64,000 bases of DNA, from NCBI GenBank assembly GCA_016206785.1, contig JACQQV010000012.1, positions 9,176-73,175 on the forward strand, written 5' to 3'. Below the pieces are notes generated by a model. It worked only from the letters and a program-made list of their open reading frames with translations. It ran no database searches and had not been told where the DNA came from. The translations under genes and the position numbers were made by a program. Below are positions 17,642-28,289 of this stretch, piece after piece (position 1 is the first letter of the stretch; every line of letters starts with the position of its first letter). The stretch is from Candidatus Omnitrophota bacterium. Lineage in GTDB: Bacteria > Omnitrophota > Gorgyraeia > JACQQV01.

Positions 17642-20600
17642 TCACAAGCGGGGGGCCTGACCTGCGGCAAAATGGACAGGGCGTTTGGGGTGAAGAAGTG
17701 AGGCAACGAGGGCCTGGGCCTCTTCCATCTTCGGATAACGGATCTGCCGATACCCTTTCACGATCTCGGGACTCTTCAGGGCTTCCACATGGGAGGCGTA
17801 ACTTTCTTCATCATAGTAATGGAATTTATGAATGAGTTCGATGTACCAGTCCCGGAACGCCTTCTCCCGACGGTGCCACTGCGGAAGGAGTCTTCTTAAA
17901 AATTTCATCCGTCTCATCATCTTGAGTTGCCAGTTCCGTGTGGTGATATCAAAACAGATGCTGCGCCCAAAAATCGTGAACTCCGGCCGGTTGAGATGTC
18001 GGTAAATCATCTGATCACCGTTTCGGGGATCTACATTATACCGGAGCTGGTCGCGGGCTATTTTTTCTTCACTCGTCAAAAGATACGATACATAGACCTC
18101 ATCCTTAATGACCATCACCTTATGGAGGTATTCAATGACCGCCCGCGTCGCCTCAAAACGATACGGTGCACGATCACGGCCGTACACCGACTTTACAAGT
18201 TCCGTGTAGCGGCGGGCATACGCCAAGTTTTCGTAGCGGATAAGATCATAAATCCGAAGTGCAAGGGCTTGATGGGTCGCATCGTCGAGCCGCAGATGAT
18301 CTATCGTCTCCTTCACCAGCGCCTGATACGCGAGAGAAAGTTTTTCCCCGCCGTCCCTTGAGAGAAGCATCATCTTCTGTGCAAGGATGGCCTTGCTACT
18401 TTCCATCGTCTCATCGACCGCCCCATAAGAGGAAGGGTGGATCACAACGTCCCGACCGATCCAGAAAGCCTTTAAGTTTTCCTTCAGCCGATCCGGTTTC
18501 ACCGATTGGGCGATCGCCCATTCCAAATTTTTAAGACCGAGCGGCAGTTGCCCTCTTTGATAGGCAATGCCGAGCATGACAAGGTTGGCGTAAAGTTTGT
18601 CTCCTAAAAGGCGCTGCGAGATTTCGGAAATATTCACCCCCAGATATTCTTCTTTGCGCGTATAGCTCTGGATTGTCTTTTCGAGTTCAAACACATCAAA
18701 GTCATCTTCTCCAATAAGGGTCCGGATCGTTGGGGTCTTCTCGGTATTGACGATCGCAGCGGTCCGATTGGGATGGGCGATCCGCATATTCATATGGGGA
18801 TCAAGACCCCGCACCCCCTCGAGGATGTCGATCGCCAGTATCAAATCCGCTTTCCCGTAAGGAATAATGGGGGAAATTGGCGCCCCATTCTTGGCGTAGG
18901 TAAGATGCGAGTAAACACCGCCATTCCGGATGGCAAGACCTTTTTTATCCGAGAAATGCACCGTGTATCCTTCTTGATGGCCGGCCCGTACCAGGATCGC
19001 TGTGATGACACCGATCCCCATGCCACCAACCCCTGCGATATAGACATTCCAGAGTTCCTCGAAAGACCTTGGAGAAACTTCTGGGAGCGGTTCCGCTTCT
19101 TCTTCCATGTCGCGGGGGGGCTTCCGACGTTTCACAATCACCTCTTCAAAAGAGGGGCAAACTTTTCCTTTGCTGCAGGCGCCATCCGCAACACAGTTGG
19201 TAAGGTCGGCCTGAATCTTTGGACCGTAAGGCGTCTTGACCACCGTAAGCCCCGGACAGCCGGTCGCCTTGGTGCATTCCAAACAAAACTCGCAGACCTC
19301 CGGCGTGATATTGATATGGCGTTTGACCGGCAGGAACCCTTTTTCTTTGAGAATCCGGTTTTCTTCATGAGCCATTTTTCGGTGGTACGTGATGCCGCAT
19401 TCCTTGTCAGCGATGATGACCTTGACACCGCCTTTGAGAATCGTCTCTTCCAAAAGTTCACGATACGTCTCGCGATAAGCAGGATTGATCCGCGTGATCG
19501 TGATGTTTGTTCCGTGAAGCATCCCACGGATCACTTCCTCAATACTTTGGGCAATGGTACTTCCTCCGGCGATATCGCAAGCGGTCCCCGGGGTCGGCTG
19601 GTGCCCGGTCATCGCCGTTGTTCCATTCTCAAGGATGATGAAGGTAATGTCTTGGTTGTGTTTCAAGGCATCGGAGATAGCAATCATGCCGCTATGGAAA
19701 AAGGTGGAGTCTCCCATAAAAACGACCTGTTTATTCGTAATAAAAGAGGTGATGCCGGCCCCTGTTCCGCCGCCAAGACCCATCCCCGAATAATTATGCA
19801 TGAGGGGCTTGTTCGGCTCGAACATGAGCATCGTGTAACAGCCGGTGTCTCCATGGAAGAGAAGATCGACCTTATCCCTCCCATGTTTTTTCCTCATATA
19901 GGCAGGATCCATAAAGGATTTTTTGACGTCGAGGAGTACGGTGGAAGAGTCACGGTGCGGACAGCCGGGGCAAAATGTGGGAGTCCTCTCCGGAATCTCC
20001 AACCGGTAAGCACCGGTCTGTTCAATCAATGTAATTTCTTCATTGATTCGAGAAACGGGAATCGGCACGTCCCTCACCATCTTGAGGACCGGTCCCAAAC
20101 GTTCCATGAGGACGGAGGGGTTTAAGCCCCTTGTCTTCGGAAAGGGGAGGAGGTTCTTCGGAAAGGTTTTCCCCCAAACAGGAATAAAACGATCGATGCG
20201 ATGCTGTTGATAGGCATCTTTCAGAATCGTTGCCACCTGGGATTCCAGAAAATCTCTTTTTTCCTCCACCACATAGATCTCTTTGACGGAGGAGGTGAAT
20301 TCAAGAAGAATCTCCGGATCGATGGGATAAGAGATCCCCAATTTCAAAATAGGAAATTTTCCAGAAAGACCGAATTCATACAGGGCATGTTCCAAATAGC
20401 GGTAGGCAAGTCCCGAAGCGATAAACCCGATGTCGTGCGACTTCTCCCGCTCGGCATGCAAAATCTGATTGACGGTATGGCGTACTTCCTGAAGGAGGAT
20501 GCGATAACGTGCCTCGAGCGTCTCTTCCTGCTCGGAGGTGCGGGGCGAAAGGATCACCGTCTCTTCGACGGGAATCAACTCCGTCTCAAGGGAAAAACGA

Positions 20601-21202
20601 TGTCGGGTATTGAGGGTCGGATAAACATTTGGATGGACCTGAACCGTTCCGCCGCCGTCCGCAAGGTTCGTGGTGACCAGATACGCGACGAAAAGTCCAG
20701 AACGGTTTGAGAGGAGGAAAGCGACGTTGAGCCAGTCCTTCATTTCTTGGAAAGAGGCGGGCTCCATCACCGGCATATGAAGGTGTTTGGAAAGATAGCG
20801 GGAATCGGTCGGAACCTGTGTGGAGTCGGACCAGGGGTCATCCCCGATCACGACCACCGCACCGCCCGTCCCTCTCCGCTTCGCGAGATTGCCGAGGGCA
20901 AGTCCGTCGGAGGCGACATGGGCGCCGACACTTTTAATGACAGACATCGCGCGGATGTCACCCATTTGGGAACCGTTCAGCCGCGCCGCAGAGAGCGCCT
21001 CGTTATTCGCCATCTGAAAAGCGATGCCATATTCCTTCAGGATCTGGCTATTCGCCTGGGCGACATTAAAGAAATCGGCGACGGGGGAACCGGGGTAACC
21101 GGTCATAAAAGCCACCCCCGCTTCAAGGGCCCCTTTAAAGAGAAGTTCGGTCCCGGTGTAGACTTGAGACTCTTCTTCCTGGGTGAACCGTTTATCGGGC
21201 AT
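17642..21202 (-). CDS. fused indolepyruvate/2-oxoacid:ferredoxin oxidoreductase family protein (alpha+beta fusion, 1186 aa)
   Basis: IorA-like N-terminus (TGTELLFKGALEAGVAFMTGYPGSPVADFF), a TPP-binding region (GDSTFFHSG), a Cys-rich 4Fe-4S segment (CEFCLECTKATGCPGL ... CVADGACSKGKVCP), and a beta/gamma-like C-terminal half. Confidence 0.8.
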   Translation of the reverse strand: MPDKRFTQEEESQVYTGTELLFKGALEAGVAFMTGYPGSPVADFFNVAQANSQILKEYGIAFQMANNEALSAARLNGSQMGDIRAMSVIKSVGAHVASDGLALGNLAKRRGTGGAVVVIGDDPWSDSTQVPTDSRYLSKHLHMPVMEPASFQEMKDWLNVAFLLSNRSGLFVAYLVTTNLADGGGTVQVHPNVYPTLNTRHRFSLETELIPVEETVILSPRTSEQEETLEARYRILLQEVRHTVNQILHAEREKSHDIGFIASGLAYRYLEHALYEFGLSGKFPILKLGISYPIDPEILLEFTSSVKEIYVVEEKRDFLESQVATILKDAYQQHRIDRFIPVWGKTFPKNLLPFPKTRGLNPSVLMERLGPVLKMVRDVPIPVSRINEEITLIEQTGAYRLEIPERTPTFCPGCPHRDSSTVLLDVKKSFMDPAYMRKKHGRDKVDLLFHGDTGCYTMLMFEPNKPLMHNYSGMGLGGGTGAGITSFITNKQVVFMGDSTFFHSGMIAISDALKHNQDITFIILENGTTAMTGHQPTPGTACDIAGGSTIAQSIEEVIRGMLHGTNITITRINPAYRETYRELLEETILKGGVKVIIADKECGITYHRKMAHEENRILKEKGFLPVKRHINITPEVCEFCLECTKATGCPGLTVVKTPYGPKIQADLTNCVADGACSKGKVCPSFEEVIVKRRKPPRDMEEEAEPLPEVSPRSFEELWNVYIAGVGGMGIGVITAILVRAGHQEGYTVHFSDKKGLAIRNGGVYSHLTYAKNGAPISPIIPYGKADLILAIDILEGVRGLDPHMNMRIAHPNRTAAIVNTEKTPTIRTLIGEDDFDVFELEKTIQSYTRKEEYLGVNISEISQRLLGDKLYANLVMLGIAYQRGQLPLGLKNLEWAIAQSVKPDRLKENLKAFWIGRDVVIHPSSYGAVDETMESSKAILAQKMMLLSRDGGEKLSLAYQALVKETIDHLRLDDATHQALALRIYDLIRYENLAYARRYTELVKSVYGRDRAPYRFEATRAVIEYLHKVMVIKDEVYVSYLLTSEEKIARDQLRYNVDPRNGDQMIYRHLNRPEFTIFGRSICFDITTRNWQLKMMRRMKFLRRLLPQWHRREKAFRDWYIELIHKFHYYDEESYASHVEALKSPEIVKGYRQIRYPKMEEAQALVASLLHPKRPVHFAAGQAPRL

Positions 21203-23093
21203 AACTTTTTGTTTTAAGTTCCGTTTTGGCGAAGAGAGCGATGTGCTTGGAGGTGAGTTCCGCCTCGATCAAAAGAAGTTCGCGGTCTCCATGTTCAATG
21301 AATCGGGACGAAAGACCCAATCGCCGTACCGGCACAGAGATGTGATGTTTCTCAAAACATTCGAGCACCGCACTCCCAAATCCCCCCTCCAGCACGCTTT
21401 CCTCGACGGTGATGATGGAAGGGGTGCGCTGCGCGACCTCGCACAAAAGCGCCTCATCCAGCGGCTTCACAAATCGCGCATTGACAACGCTTGCCTCGAT
21501 CCCTTCTTTGGACAAAAGGTCGGAGGCCACAAGGGCAGGATACACCATATGCCCATAGGCGACAAACGTGAGATCCGCCCCTTCCCGAACGACCTCGGCT
21601 TTTCCTAACACGATCGGTTGAGAGGGAGTGGCGATAACGGGATTTTTTCCGCGGGGATAACGGATCACGACAGGTCCCGGATGATGGAATGCAAAGCGAA
21701 GCATCTCGTCCAACTCAACCACATCTTTCGGTGCCATCGCGACGAGATTCGGGATGCACCGCATATACGCCACATCAAAAACGCCGTGATGGGTCGGGCC
21801 GTCTTCTCCGACAATCCCGGCACGGTCGATACAGAAAAGGACCGGCAGTTCTTGAAGACAGACGTCGTGGATGATCTGATCGTACGCACGCTGGAGAAAT
21901 GTCGAATAAATCGCGCAGACCGGACGGAGCCCCTTTCTGGCAAGACCTGCGGCAAATCCAATGCCATGCTGCTCGGCCATTCCGACGTCGAAGAAACGGT
22001 CCGGAAATTCCTTCGCAAACTGCGAAAGCCCTGTCCCCTCCGGCATCGCCGCGGTGATCGCCACGATCCGTTTATCCCGCTTGGCAAGCGAAAGAAGACT
22101 CCGCGTAAACGCATCCGTATAGGAAATATCATCGGAGTCTTTGTGATTTCTCGTTTTCTTGGAAAGGGGCCGCCCTGTTTCTACATCAAAAGGATCCATT
22201 TTATGAAATCGCTCGGGGTTTTTTTCGGCCGGAAGATACCCTTTCCCTTTTTTGGTTACGACATGAACAAAGCGGGGGCCTTTGAGCCGTTTCACATTCT
22301 CAAGGGTTGAGATGATCCGTTTGACGTCATGACCGTCGATCGGCCCGAAATAACGGAATCCGAGCTCTTCAAAAATCATGCCCGGGACAAGGAGTCCTTT
22401 TAAACTTTCTTCGAGTTTCTGTGCAGTGTGAACAATCTTCTTGCCGTAGCGGGGAAGTTTTTGAATGAGATCTTGGAGTTCCCCTTTAATCCGATTATAA
22501 ACCGGGGCGGTGATCACACGATTGAGGTATTTCCGGAATCCGCCGACCCCCGGCGCAATCGACATCCGGTTGTCATTCAAGATGAGAAGGAAATCTTTGT
22601 TCTCCAGATGTCCGACATGGTTCAGGGCTTCAAGCGCCATCCCTTCACAAAGGGCGGCATCCCCGATCACCGCGACAACCGCCTCCTCTGTCCCTTGAAG
22701 ATCTCGCGCCGCCAAAAGACCCAACGCCGTTGAAATCGCGGTTCCCCCATGGCCTGTCGTGAAAAGATCGTACGGGCTCTCGTCCTTATTGTAGAAAGGA
22801 CTTAAACCTCCCCGTTGCCGGAATGTTTCAAAGTTTTTGCGTCCGGTGAGAAGCTTATGGGCATACGCCTGATACCCCATGTCCCAGAGAATCTTATCCT
22901 GGGGGGCGTCGAAGACCCTGTGAAGCGCTAAGACAAGTTCCACCCCTCCCAGACTTGAGGCGAGATGGCCCCCGCTTTTGGAAATGGCCTGGATCAGAAA
23001 TTCCCGGATCTCCTGAGCGAGTACTGGAAGTTTCTCTTCGGGAAGTTTTTTGAAATCTGAAGGAGAATGGATTGCGTCAAGAAGTTTTGTCAC
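21192..23093 (-). CDS. dxs: 1-deoxy-D-xylulose-5-phosphate synthase
   Basis: N-terminus LDAIHSPSDFKKL...HLASSLGGVELVLALH, a TPP motif (GDAALCEGMALEALN), and the transketolase-like Pyr and C domains. Confidence 0.9.
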   Translation of the reverse strand: MTKLLDAIHSPSDFKKLPEEKLPVLAQEIREFLIQAISKSGGHLASSLGGVELVLALHRVFDAPQDKILWDMGYQAYAHKLLTGRKNFETFRQRGGLSPFYNKDESPYDLFTTGHGGTAISTALGLLAARDLQGTEEAVVAVIGDAALCEGMALEALNHVGHLENKDFLLILNDNRMSIAPGVGGFRKYLNRVITAPVYNRIKGELQDLIQKLPRYGKKIVHTAQKLEESLKGLLVPGMIFEELGFRYFGPIDGHDVKRIISTLENVKRLKGPRFVHVVTKKGKGYLPAEKNPERFHKMDPFDVETGRPLSKKTRNHKDSDDISYTDAFTRSLLSLAKRDKRIVAITAAMPEGTGLSQFAKEFPDRFFDVGMAEQHGIGFAAGLARKGLRPVCAIYSTFLQRAYDQIIHDVCLQELPVLFCIDRAGIVGEDGPTHHGVFDVAYMRCIPNLVAMAPKDVVELDEMLRFAFHHPGPVVIRYPRGKNPVIATPSQPIVLGKAEVVREGADLTFVAYGHMVYPALVASDLLSKEGIEASVVNARFVKPLDEALLCEVAQRTPSIITVEESVLEGGFGSAVLECFEKHHISVPVRRLGLSSRFIEHGDRELLLIEAELTSKHIALFAKTELKTKSYAR

Positions 23094-23101
23094 GTTTTTT
23101 C

Positions 23102-23917
23102 CTATTGGGTTCGGTGAAGGATGAGGTCTGCTAAATTTGCAAGGATCTCCCCCCGTGTGCCAAAGCGTTTCAAATGAGTTTTCGCTTTCAGGGTGAGCCG
23201 TTCCGCCTCGCGTTCGGCCCCCTTCCGATCAAAGAGAAGACAATATCCTTCACCGTCTATTATATCATCAACAATTTGAAAGGTAAATCCGATGTATTCC
23301 CCGAACTTGAAGAGCTCTTCCACCTCTTTGGGGCGACCGCCTCCCAAAATCCCACCCACTTTAAGACTTGCAGCAATGAGTGCCCCTGTTTTATGCGTAT
23401 GGATATATTCGAGCTTGGGAAGATCCAATTCCTTGCCGTTGAGTTCCAGTTCAGCCACCTGCCCTCCGATCATGCCGCGGGTGCCGATGGCGCGGGAAAG
23501 TTCCTGAGCGACCTGCACCTTTTTGGCGGGAGTCCCCTTCTTTAAAAGAAGCCCGAAGCCGATAGTGAGAAGCGCATCTCCTGCAAGAAGCGCAACCGCC
23601 TCCCCAAATTTTTTATGGACGGACGGTTGTCCTCTCCGGAAGTCATCATTGTCCATGCAGGGAAGATCGTCATGCACAAGACTAAAGGCATGAATGAGTT
23701 CAATCCCGCACGCCGCCGGAAGGGCCTCCTTTACTTTCCCTCCCACCGCTTCACAGGCAGCCAATGTAAGGATCGGGCGGATTCTTTTCCCCCCTTCTAA
23801 ACTATAATGAAGGGCCCGGTGGATACTGGGAGGATATTCTTCTTGGGAAGGGAGAAATTCCGTAAACGCCTTATCAATAAGCCCTCTTTTTTCTTCAAGA
23901 TAACGCTTAAGTCTCAT
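23102..23917 (-). CDS. ispA: (2E,6E)-farnesyl diphosphate synthase / geranyltranstransferase
   Basis: First and second aspartate-rich motifs are present (LVHDDLPCMDNDDFRRG; FQIVDDIID). It sits in the conserved xseB-ispA-dxs arrangement. Confidence 0.8.
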   Translation of the reverse strand: MRLKRYLEEKRGLIDKAFTEFLPSQEEYPPSIHRALHYSLEGGKRIRPILTLAACEAVGGKVKEALPAACGIELIHAFSLVHDDLPCMDNDDFRRGQPSVHKKFGEAVALLAGDALLTIGFGLLLKKGTPAKKVQVAQELSRAIGTRGMIGGQVAELELNGKELDLPKLEYIHTHKTGALIAASLKVGGILGGGRPKEVEELFKFGEYIGFTFQIVDDIIDGEGYCLLFDRKGAEREAERLTLKAKTHLKRFGTRGEILANLADLILHRTQ

Positions 23918-24174
23918 GCGCCCTCGTCGTCCCTCTCGTCCTCAAGGGATTTTGTGGCGAGCTTTCCATCCCCGCTTTTAAGGAGAAGTTCGATTTTTTT
24001 CTTCGCCTCTTCCAACCGCTTGGAACAGAGTTTGGAAAGGCGGATCCCCTCTTCATACCGTTTCATCGATTCATCCAGAGAAAGATCTCCTTCCTCCAGG
24101 TTCTCGACGATCTCTTCCAATTTTTTGAGTGCTTCTTCGAATTTCATCTCTTTTTTTTCTGTCTTCTCTGCCAT
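23914..24174 (-). CDS. xseB: exodeoxyribonuclease VII small subunit
   Basis: MAEKTEKKEMKFEEALKKLEEIVENLEEGDLSLDESMKRYEEGIRLSKLC is an XseB pattern. Start set at the internal Met, directly after the xseA stop. Confidence 0.8.
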   Translation of the reverse strand: MAEKTEKKEMKFEEALKKLEEIVENLEEGDLSLDESMKRYEEGIRLSKLCSKRLEEAKKKIELLLKSGDGKLATKSLEDERDDEGA

Positions 24175-24181
24175 TTTGTCC

Positions 24182-25420
24182 TCACTCAATGCGTTCGACA
24201 CGACTAACAAAGGTGCCGCGATGGAGACGCGTCGTCACCTTAGCACCCACGGATAAAGACGCCGTTTCCTGAAGGACTTCACCCCCCGGCCCATAGGTCA
24301 CGCTAAAACCGCGCTGAAGGACCCTTAAGGGGCTTAGCGTTTCAAGTTTCCCGACCTGAAGCAGAAAACGATTTTCCACCTCTGCCAGAACTCCCGCCAT
24401 CCTCTGAGACACCGTTTGAGTCAGATCATCGAGATGCTGTTCTTTTGGAAGAAAGAGTCTTTCCGGCTGACGGAAAAGAATATGTTTCCTCTGGGCCCGG
24501 AGCCTCTCGGCAAGGAACTCCACTTTTTCAAGGAGGGTGGAGCGCAAACGATGTATGCAGTCATCGACCGTTTCCAAAAGTTCCGCCTTATCGGGGACCA
24601 CCATTTCTGCTGCCATGGAAGGGGTTCCGGCCCGGAGATCCGCGACAAAATCGGCGATTGTAAAATCGAGTTCATGCCCCACGCAACTTATAATTGGAAT
24701 CTTTGATGCAAAAATCGCACGGGCTACAACCTCTTCATTAAAGGCCCAGAGGTCTTCCAGGCTTCCGCCGCCTCTTCCGACGAGAAGTACATCCACCTTC
24801 CCAAAGAGATTAAAATCACGGATCGCTTCAGCGATCTCCTCCGCGGCGCCCTCCCCCTGGACCCGCACATCCCGGATAAGTACGCGACTTTCTGTGAACC
24901 GTTCGCCGATCACTTTCAGAATATCCCGGATCGCTTTCCCGGAAAGACTGGTGACAAGGCCGATCCGATTCGGAAGAAAAGGGATCGGTTTCTTATGTTT
25001 CGGATCGAAGAGACCCTCTTTCTCTAATTTTTTCTTCAGTTGTTCAAAGGCGAGCTGTAGCGCCCCAAGACCCTGAGGCTCGATTTTTTCCACGATCAGC
25101 TGGTATTCGCCGCGCGGGGGATAAGTTGAAATCCCTCCGTAGCAAAGAACTTTAAGACCATTTTCCAGTCTGAATTTGACACTCCGGCCGCTTGAAGCAA
25201 AGAGGGCGCACTTTAAGAGGGCCGTTTCATCCTTCAGCGAAAAATAGGTATGCCCTTTTGCGGATTGGGAGAGATTCGTAATCTCCCCTTCCACCCAGAC
25301 CTCCGGAAAGGACTCTTCGAGGAGGGCTTGGATCTGGTGGGTGATTTCCGTGACGGTGTAAATTTTTTTAGAGCTTTTTTTGGATTCTGCGGACTGAATG
25401 AGCACGGCCCGTCTCCTCAT
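24182..25420 (-). CDS. xseA: exodeoxyribonuclease VII large subunit
   Basis: An OB-fold N-terminus (IYTVTEITHQIQALLEESFPEVWVEGEITNLSQSAKGHTYFSLKDE) and the XseA catalytic region. The start position is uncertain (range 25420-25471). Confidence 0.75.
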   Translation of the reverse strand: MRRRAVLIQSAESKKSSKKIYTVTEITHQIQALLEESFPEVWVEGEITNLSQSAKGHTYFSLKDETALLKCALFASSGRSVKFRLENGLKVLCYGGISTYPPRGEYQLIVEKIEPQGLGALQLAFEQLKKKLEKEGLFDPKHKKPIPFLPNRIGLVTSLSGKAIRDILKVIGERFTESRVLIRDVRVQGEGAAEEIAEAIRDFNLFGKVDVLLVGRGGGSLEDLWAFNEEVVARAIFASKIPIISCVGHELDFTIADFVADLRAGTPSMAAEMVVPDKAELLETVDDCIHRLRSTLLEKVEFLAERLRAQRKHILFRQPERLFLPKEQHLDDLTQTVSQRMAGVLAEVENRFLLQVGKLETLSPLRVLQRGFSVTYGPGGEVLQETASLSVGAKVTTRLHRGTFVSRVERIE

Positions 25421-26153
25421 CAATCTCAAAAATGGCGCCATGAAGCTGGACATTACCGGCCGCCACGTCAAAGCGTCTCGGCATCTGTGTCAAAAACCGT
25501 TCAAGGACCTGCTGGACTTCCCGGCCCAGGACAGAATCGTAAGAACCGGTCATGCCGAGGTCGGTGATATAGGCGGTTCCTTTCGGAAGAATTTTCTCAT
25601 CCGCCGTCTGGATGTGGGTGTGTGTTCCAAAAATAGCACTTACCTTCCCGTCGAGAAACCAGCCGAGGGCGATCTTTTCGCTCGTTGCTTCCGCATGGAT
25701 ATCGACGAGAATAATAGGGGTTTCTCGACGAAGTTCGGCAACCGCCTTCTCCGCTCCTTTAAACGGACAGTCAAAATGTTCACGCATAAAAACGCGGCCG
25801 ATCAGATTAAGGACTCCGACGGAAGTCCCTTTTTTCGAGCGGAGGAGGGATGCACCGCGACCCGGAATCCCATTGGGATAATTAAGGGGCCGAAGGATTC
25901 TTTTATCTTGATCGATAATCTCAAGGATTTCTTTCTTATCCCAGATATGGTCTCCGGACATGATGCAGTCCACACCGGCGCGGAAAAGTTCTTGAGCGGT
26001 TTGAGGGGTGACCCCCGAGCCCCCCGCGATATTTTCACCATTCACCACCACAAAATCGATCCCTTCTTCCTCCCGCATCATCGGAGCGAAGGTTTGAATG
26101 ATTTTGCGGCCCGGTTCTCCGACCGTATCCCCGATAGCAAGAATCTTCATCAT
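25368..26153 (-). CDS. ymdB: YmdB-family metallophosphoesterase (TIGR00282; 2',3'-cNMP phosphodiesterase-like)
   Basis: Collinear with B. subtilis YmdB ([13 protein letters not shown]...[13 protein letters not shown]...[15 protein letters not shown]...[28 protein letters not shown]). It lies immediately downstream of rny, as in Firmicutes. Confidence 0.85.
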   Translation of the reverse strand: MMKILAIGDTVGEPGRKIIQTFAPMMREEEGIDFVVVNGENIAGGSGVTPQTAQELFRAGVDCIMSGDHIWDKKEILEIIDQDKRILRPLNYPNGIPGRGASLLRSKKGTSVGVLNLIGRVFMREHFDCPFKGAEKAVAELRRETPIILVDIHAEATSEKIALGWFLDGKVSAIFGTHTHIQTADEKILPKGTAYITDLGMTGSYDSVLGREVQQVLERFLTQMPRRFDVAAGNVQLHGAIFEIDEETGRAHSVRRIQKKL

Positions 26154-27709
26154 TTTGCAAATTCCACGGCCCGCGTCTCCCGGACGACGGTCACTTTGAT
26201 CTGGCCCGGAAATTCGATCTCCCCTTCGACCCGTTTACGGATATCACGGGCGAGCGCAATCGCCTCCAGATCGTTCACCTGCTCGGGATTTACGATAATG
26301 CGGATTTCACGACCCGCCTGGATTGCAAAAGATCTCTCGACCCCTTTAAAGGAATTCGCGATCGACTCGAGCTGCTGGAGCCGACGGATATAGGCCTCCA
26401 GTGTTTCACCCCGCGCGCCGGGACGGCTCGCACTGATCGCATCCCCCGCTTGAATGAGAATCGCAAGCGTTGACTTAGGGTCAATCTCTCCATGATGGGC
26501 TTCAATCGCATTGGCGACAATCTCACTTTCTCCGAATTTTCGGGCGAGACTCCCACCGATGATGGCGTGTGTCCCCTCCACCTCCTGACTCACCGCCTTG
26601 CCGAGATCGTGAAGAAGCCCGATGCGTCTTGCTAAGTGGTAATCTTCCCCCAATTCCGCCGCCATCACTCCCATGAGATGCGCCACCTCTTTCAAATGTA
26701 CAAGGACATTCTGGCTGTAACTGGTGCGATACCGTAAACGCCCCAAAAGTTTTGTGATTTCCGGATGGACGTTCTGGCATCCGATTTCAAGGATCGCCTG
26801 TTCTCCCTCCTGCTTAATCTTTTCATCCATCTCCTGCTTCACACGGACGACTACCTCTTCAATCCGCGCCGGATGAATCCGTCCGTCGACAATGAGGCGC
26901 TCAAGGGCAAGCCGTGCAACTTCCCGACGGAGCATATCAAAACTGGAGAGGACGACCGATTCAGGAGTGTCATCAATCACCACATCAACGCCGGTAAGCG
27001 CCTCGAGTGCTCGGATATTCCGCCCCTCCTTGCCGATAATTCTTCCCTTCATCTCATCGTTTGGAAGATTGACGACGGTAATGGTCGACTCTGCCGTATA
27101 TTCTGCGGCGCAACGTCCGATGGCAAGGGCAAGAACCCTTTTCGCCTTGGAATCCGATTCCTCTTTGACCCGTTCCTCCATCTTCTGAATCAAAAGCTGT
27201 CCTTCCTGGGAGAGGTCTCCTTCCATCCTCTCCAAAAGAATCGCCTTCGCCTCCTCGGGAGAAAGGGAGGAGATGCGGGAAAGGCGGCTCTTCTCCTCGG
27301 AGATCAAAGTATCCAATTCTTGATTCCGCTTGTGAAGCACCGATGCTTTCTGTGAAAAGACTTTCTCGTTCTCGGTAAGTTCCTTTTCCTTTTTATCGAG
27401 GATCTCGACCTTCCGATCGATATTCTCCTCCCTCTGGAGAACCCGCTTCTCCAGGGTTAAAAGTTCTTGTCGGCGCTCTTCGGTTTCCTTTTCGAAATTT
27501 TCCCGCGACTGATAAAGAAGACGCTGCGCTTCTCGTTCGGCCTCTTTGAGAATCGTCTCGTTCTTTCTTTCCCCCTCTTCAAGAAGATCACGGACCTTTT
27601 TTTCGGCACTCTGAATCTTTCTTTCCGCCAGAAATCGCCGAGCGAAATAGCCGATAAGGAATAAAACGGCGCCTATCATGATTTGGACTATTAAAAAGGA
27701 TTGGGACAT
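26150..27709 (-). CDS. rny: ribonuclease Y
   Basis: N-terminal TM anchor, a coiled coil, a KH domain ([16 protein letters not shown]) and an HD domain ([15 protein letters not shown]). Length 519 aa. Confidence 0.9.
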   Translation of the reverse strand: MSQSFLIVQIMIGAVLFLIGYFARRFLAERKIQSAEKKVRDLLEEGERKNETILKEAEREAQRLLYQSRENFEKETEERRQELLTLEKRVLQREENIDRKVEILDKKEKELTENEKVFSQKASVLHKRNQELDTLISEEKSRLSRISSLSPEEAKAILLERMEGDLSQEGQLLIQKMEERVKEESDSKAKRVLALAIGRCAAEYTAESTITVVNLPNDEMKGRIIGKEGRNIRALEALTGVDVVIDDTPESVVLSSFDMLRREVARLALERLIVDGRIHPARIEEVVVRVKQEMDEKIKQEGEQAILEIGCQNVHPEITKLLGRLRYRTSYSQNVLVHLKEVAHLMGVMAAELGEDYHLARRIGLLHDLGKAVSQEVEGTHAIIGGSLARKFGESEIVANAIEAHHGEIDPKSTLAILIQAGDAISASRPGARGETLEAYIRRLQQLESIANSFKGVERSFAIQAGREIRIIVNPEQVNDLEAIALARDIRKRVEGEIEFPGQIKVTVVRETRAVEFAK

Positions 27710-27737
27710 TTTTTCTTTCTCAAACGCGATGAAATGT

Positions 27738-28289
27738 TTATGCCGTGATCACGGCACTAACGGGGACATCCCGCAAGGAGGTAGGAAGTTTTATGACTCT
27801 CTGAAATCGAAATGCGAGTCCGATGAGAGGAATCCGCCCTTTGAAGCGCTTCAGAAACCGGTCGTAGTAGCCGCCGCCGCGGCCGAGGCGGTTTCCCTTC
27901 GCGTCAAACGCGATCCCCGGCACGACGACCAGATCAATCTCTCGAGAGGAGACAAGGCGCCTTCTCCCCGACCGCGGTTCCAGAATGCCAAAGCGTTGAG
28001 GAGAAAGATCCTTTTTGAAATCAAGAACTTCGGCCGGCCTTATCCTTCTTCCCTCAAGGCTCGGCACGACGACCCGTTTCCCAAGCCGGAGGGCCAACCG
28101 GATCATGCGATACGTGTCAACCTCCTCGGGAAGCGACACATAAAACATGACCGTGTGGGAGCGCCGGAATTCTCTTCTCTGAAAGAGCTTCTTTTCAATG
28201 GTGCGACTTTTTTGGAGCCGCGCTTTACGACTCTGCTTCTTCAAACGCTCAAGGAGTGAGCAACGGATTTCTGATTTAAGGGACCGCAT
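27738..28289 (-). CDS. 5-formyltetrahydrofolate cyclo-ligase
   Basis: MTHFS motifs are present ([26 protein letters not shown]). Confidence 0.8.
   Translation of the reverse strand: MRSLKSEIRCSLLERLKKQSRKARLQKSRTIEKKLFQRREFRRSHTVMFYVSLPEEVDTYRMIRLALRLGKRVVVPSLEGRRIRPAEVLDFKKDLSPQRFGILEPRSGRRRLVSSREIDLVVVPGIAFDAKGNRLGRGGGYYDRFLKRFKGRIPLIGLAFRFQRVIKLPTSLRDVPVSAVITA

Noticed and set aside
18773-20125. 450-aa plus-strand ORF antisense to the 2-oxoacid:ferredoxin oxidoreductase gene
   Set aside because: It lies entirely inside a confidently identified 1186-aa gene on the other strand. Its composition (R/G/P-rich) is typical of antisense frames in GC-rich coding DNA, and it has no motif.
25398-26393. 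331-aa plus-strand ORF antisense to ymdB/rny, and similar antisense ORFs (799-1308, 21618-22310, 26765-27355, 27678-28259, 39889-40728, 48930-49820, 50022-50651)
   Set aside because: All are embedded antisense within strongly supported genes and lack start signals or domains. They were not called.
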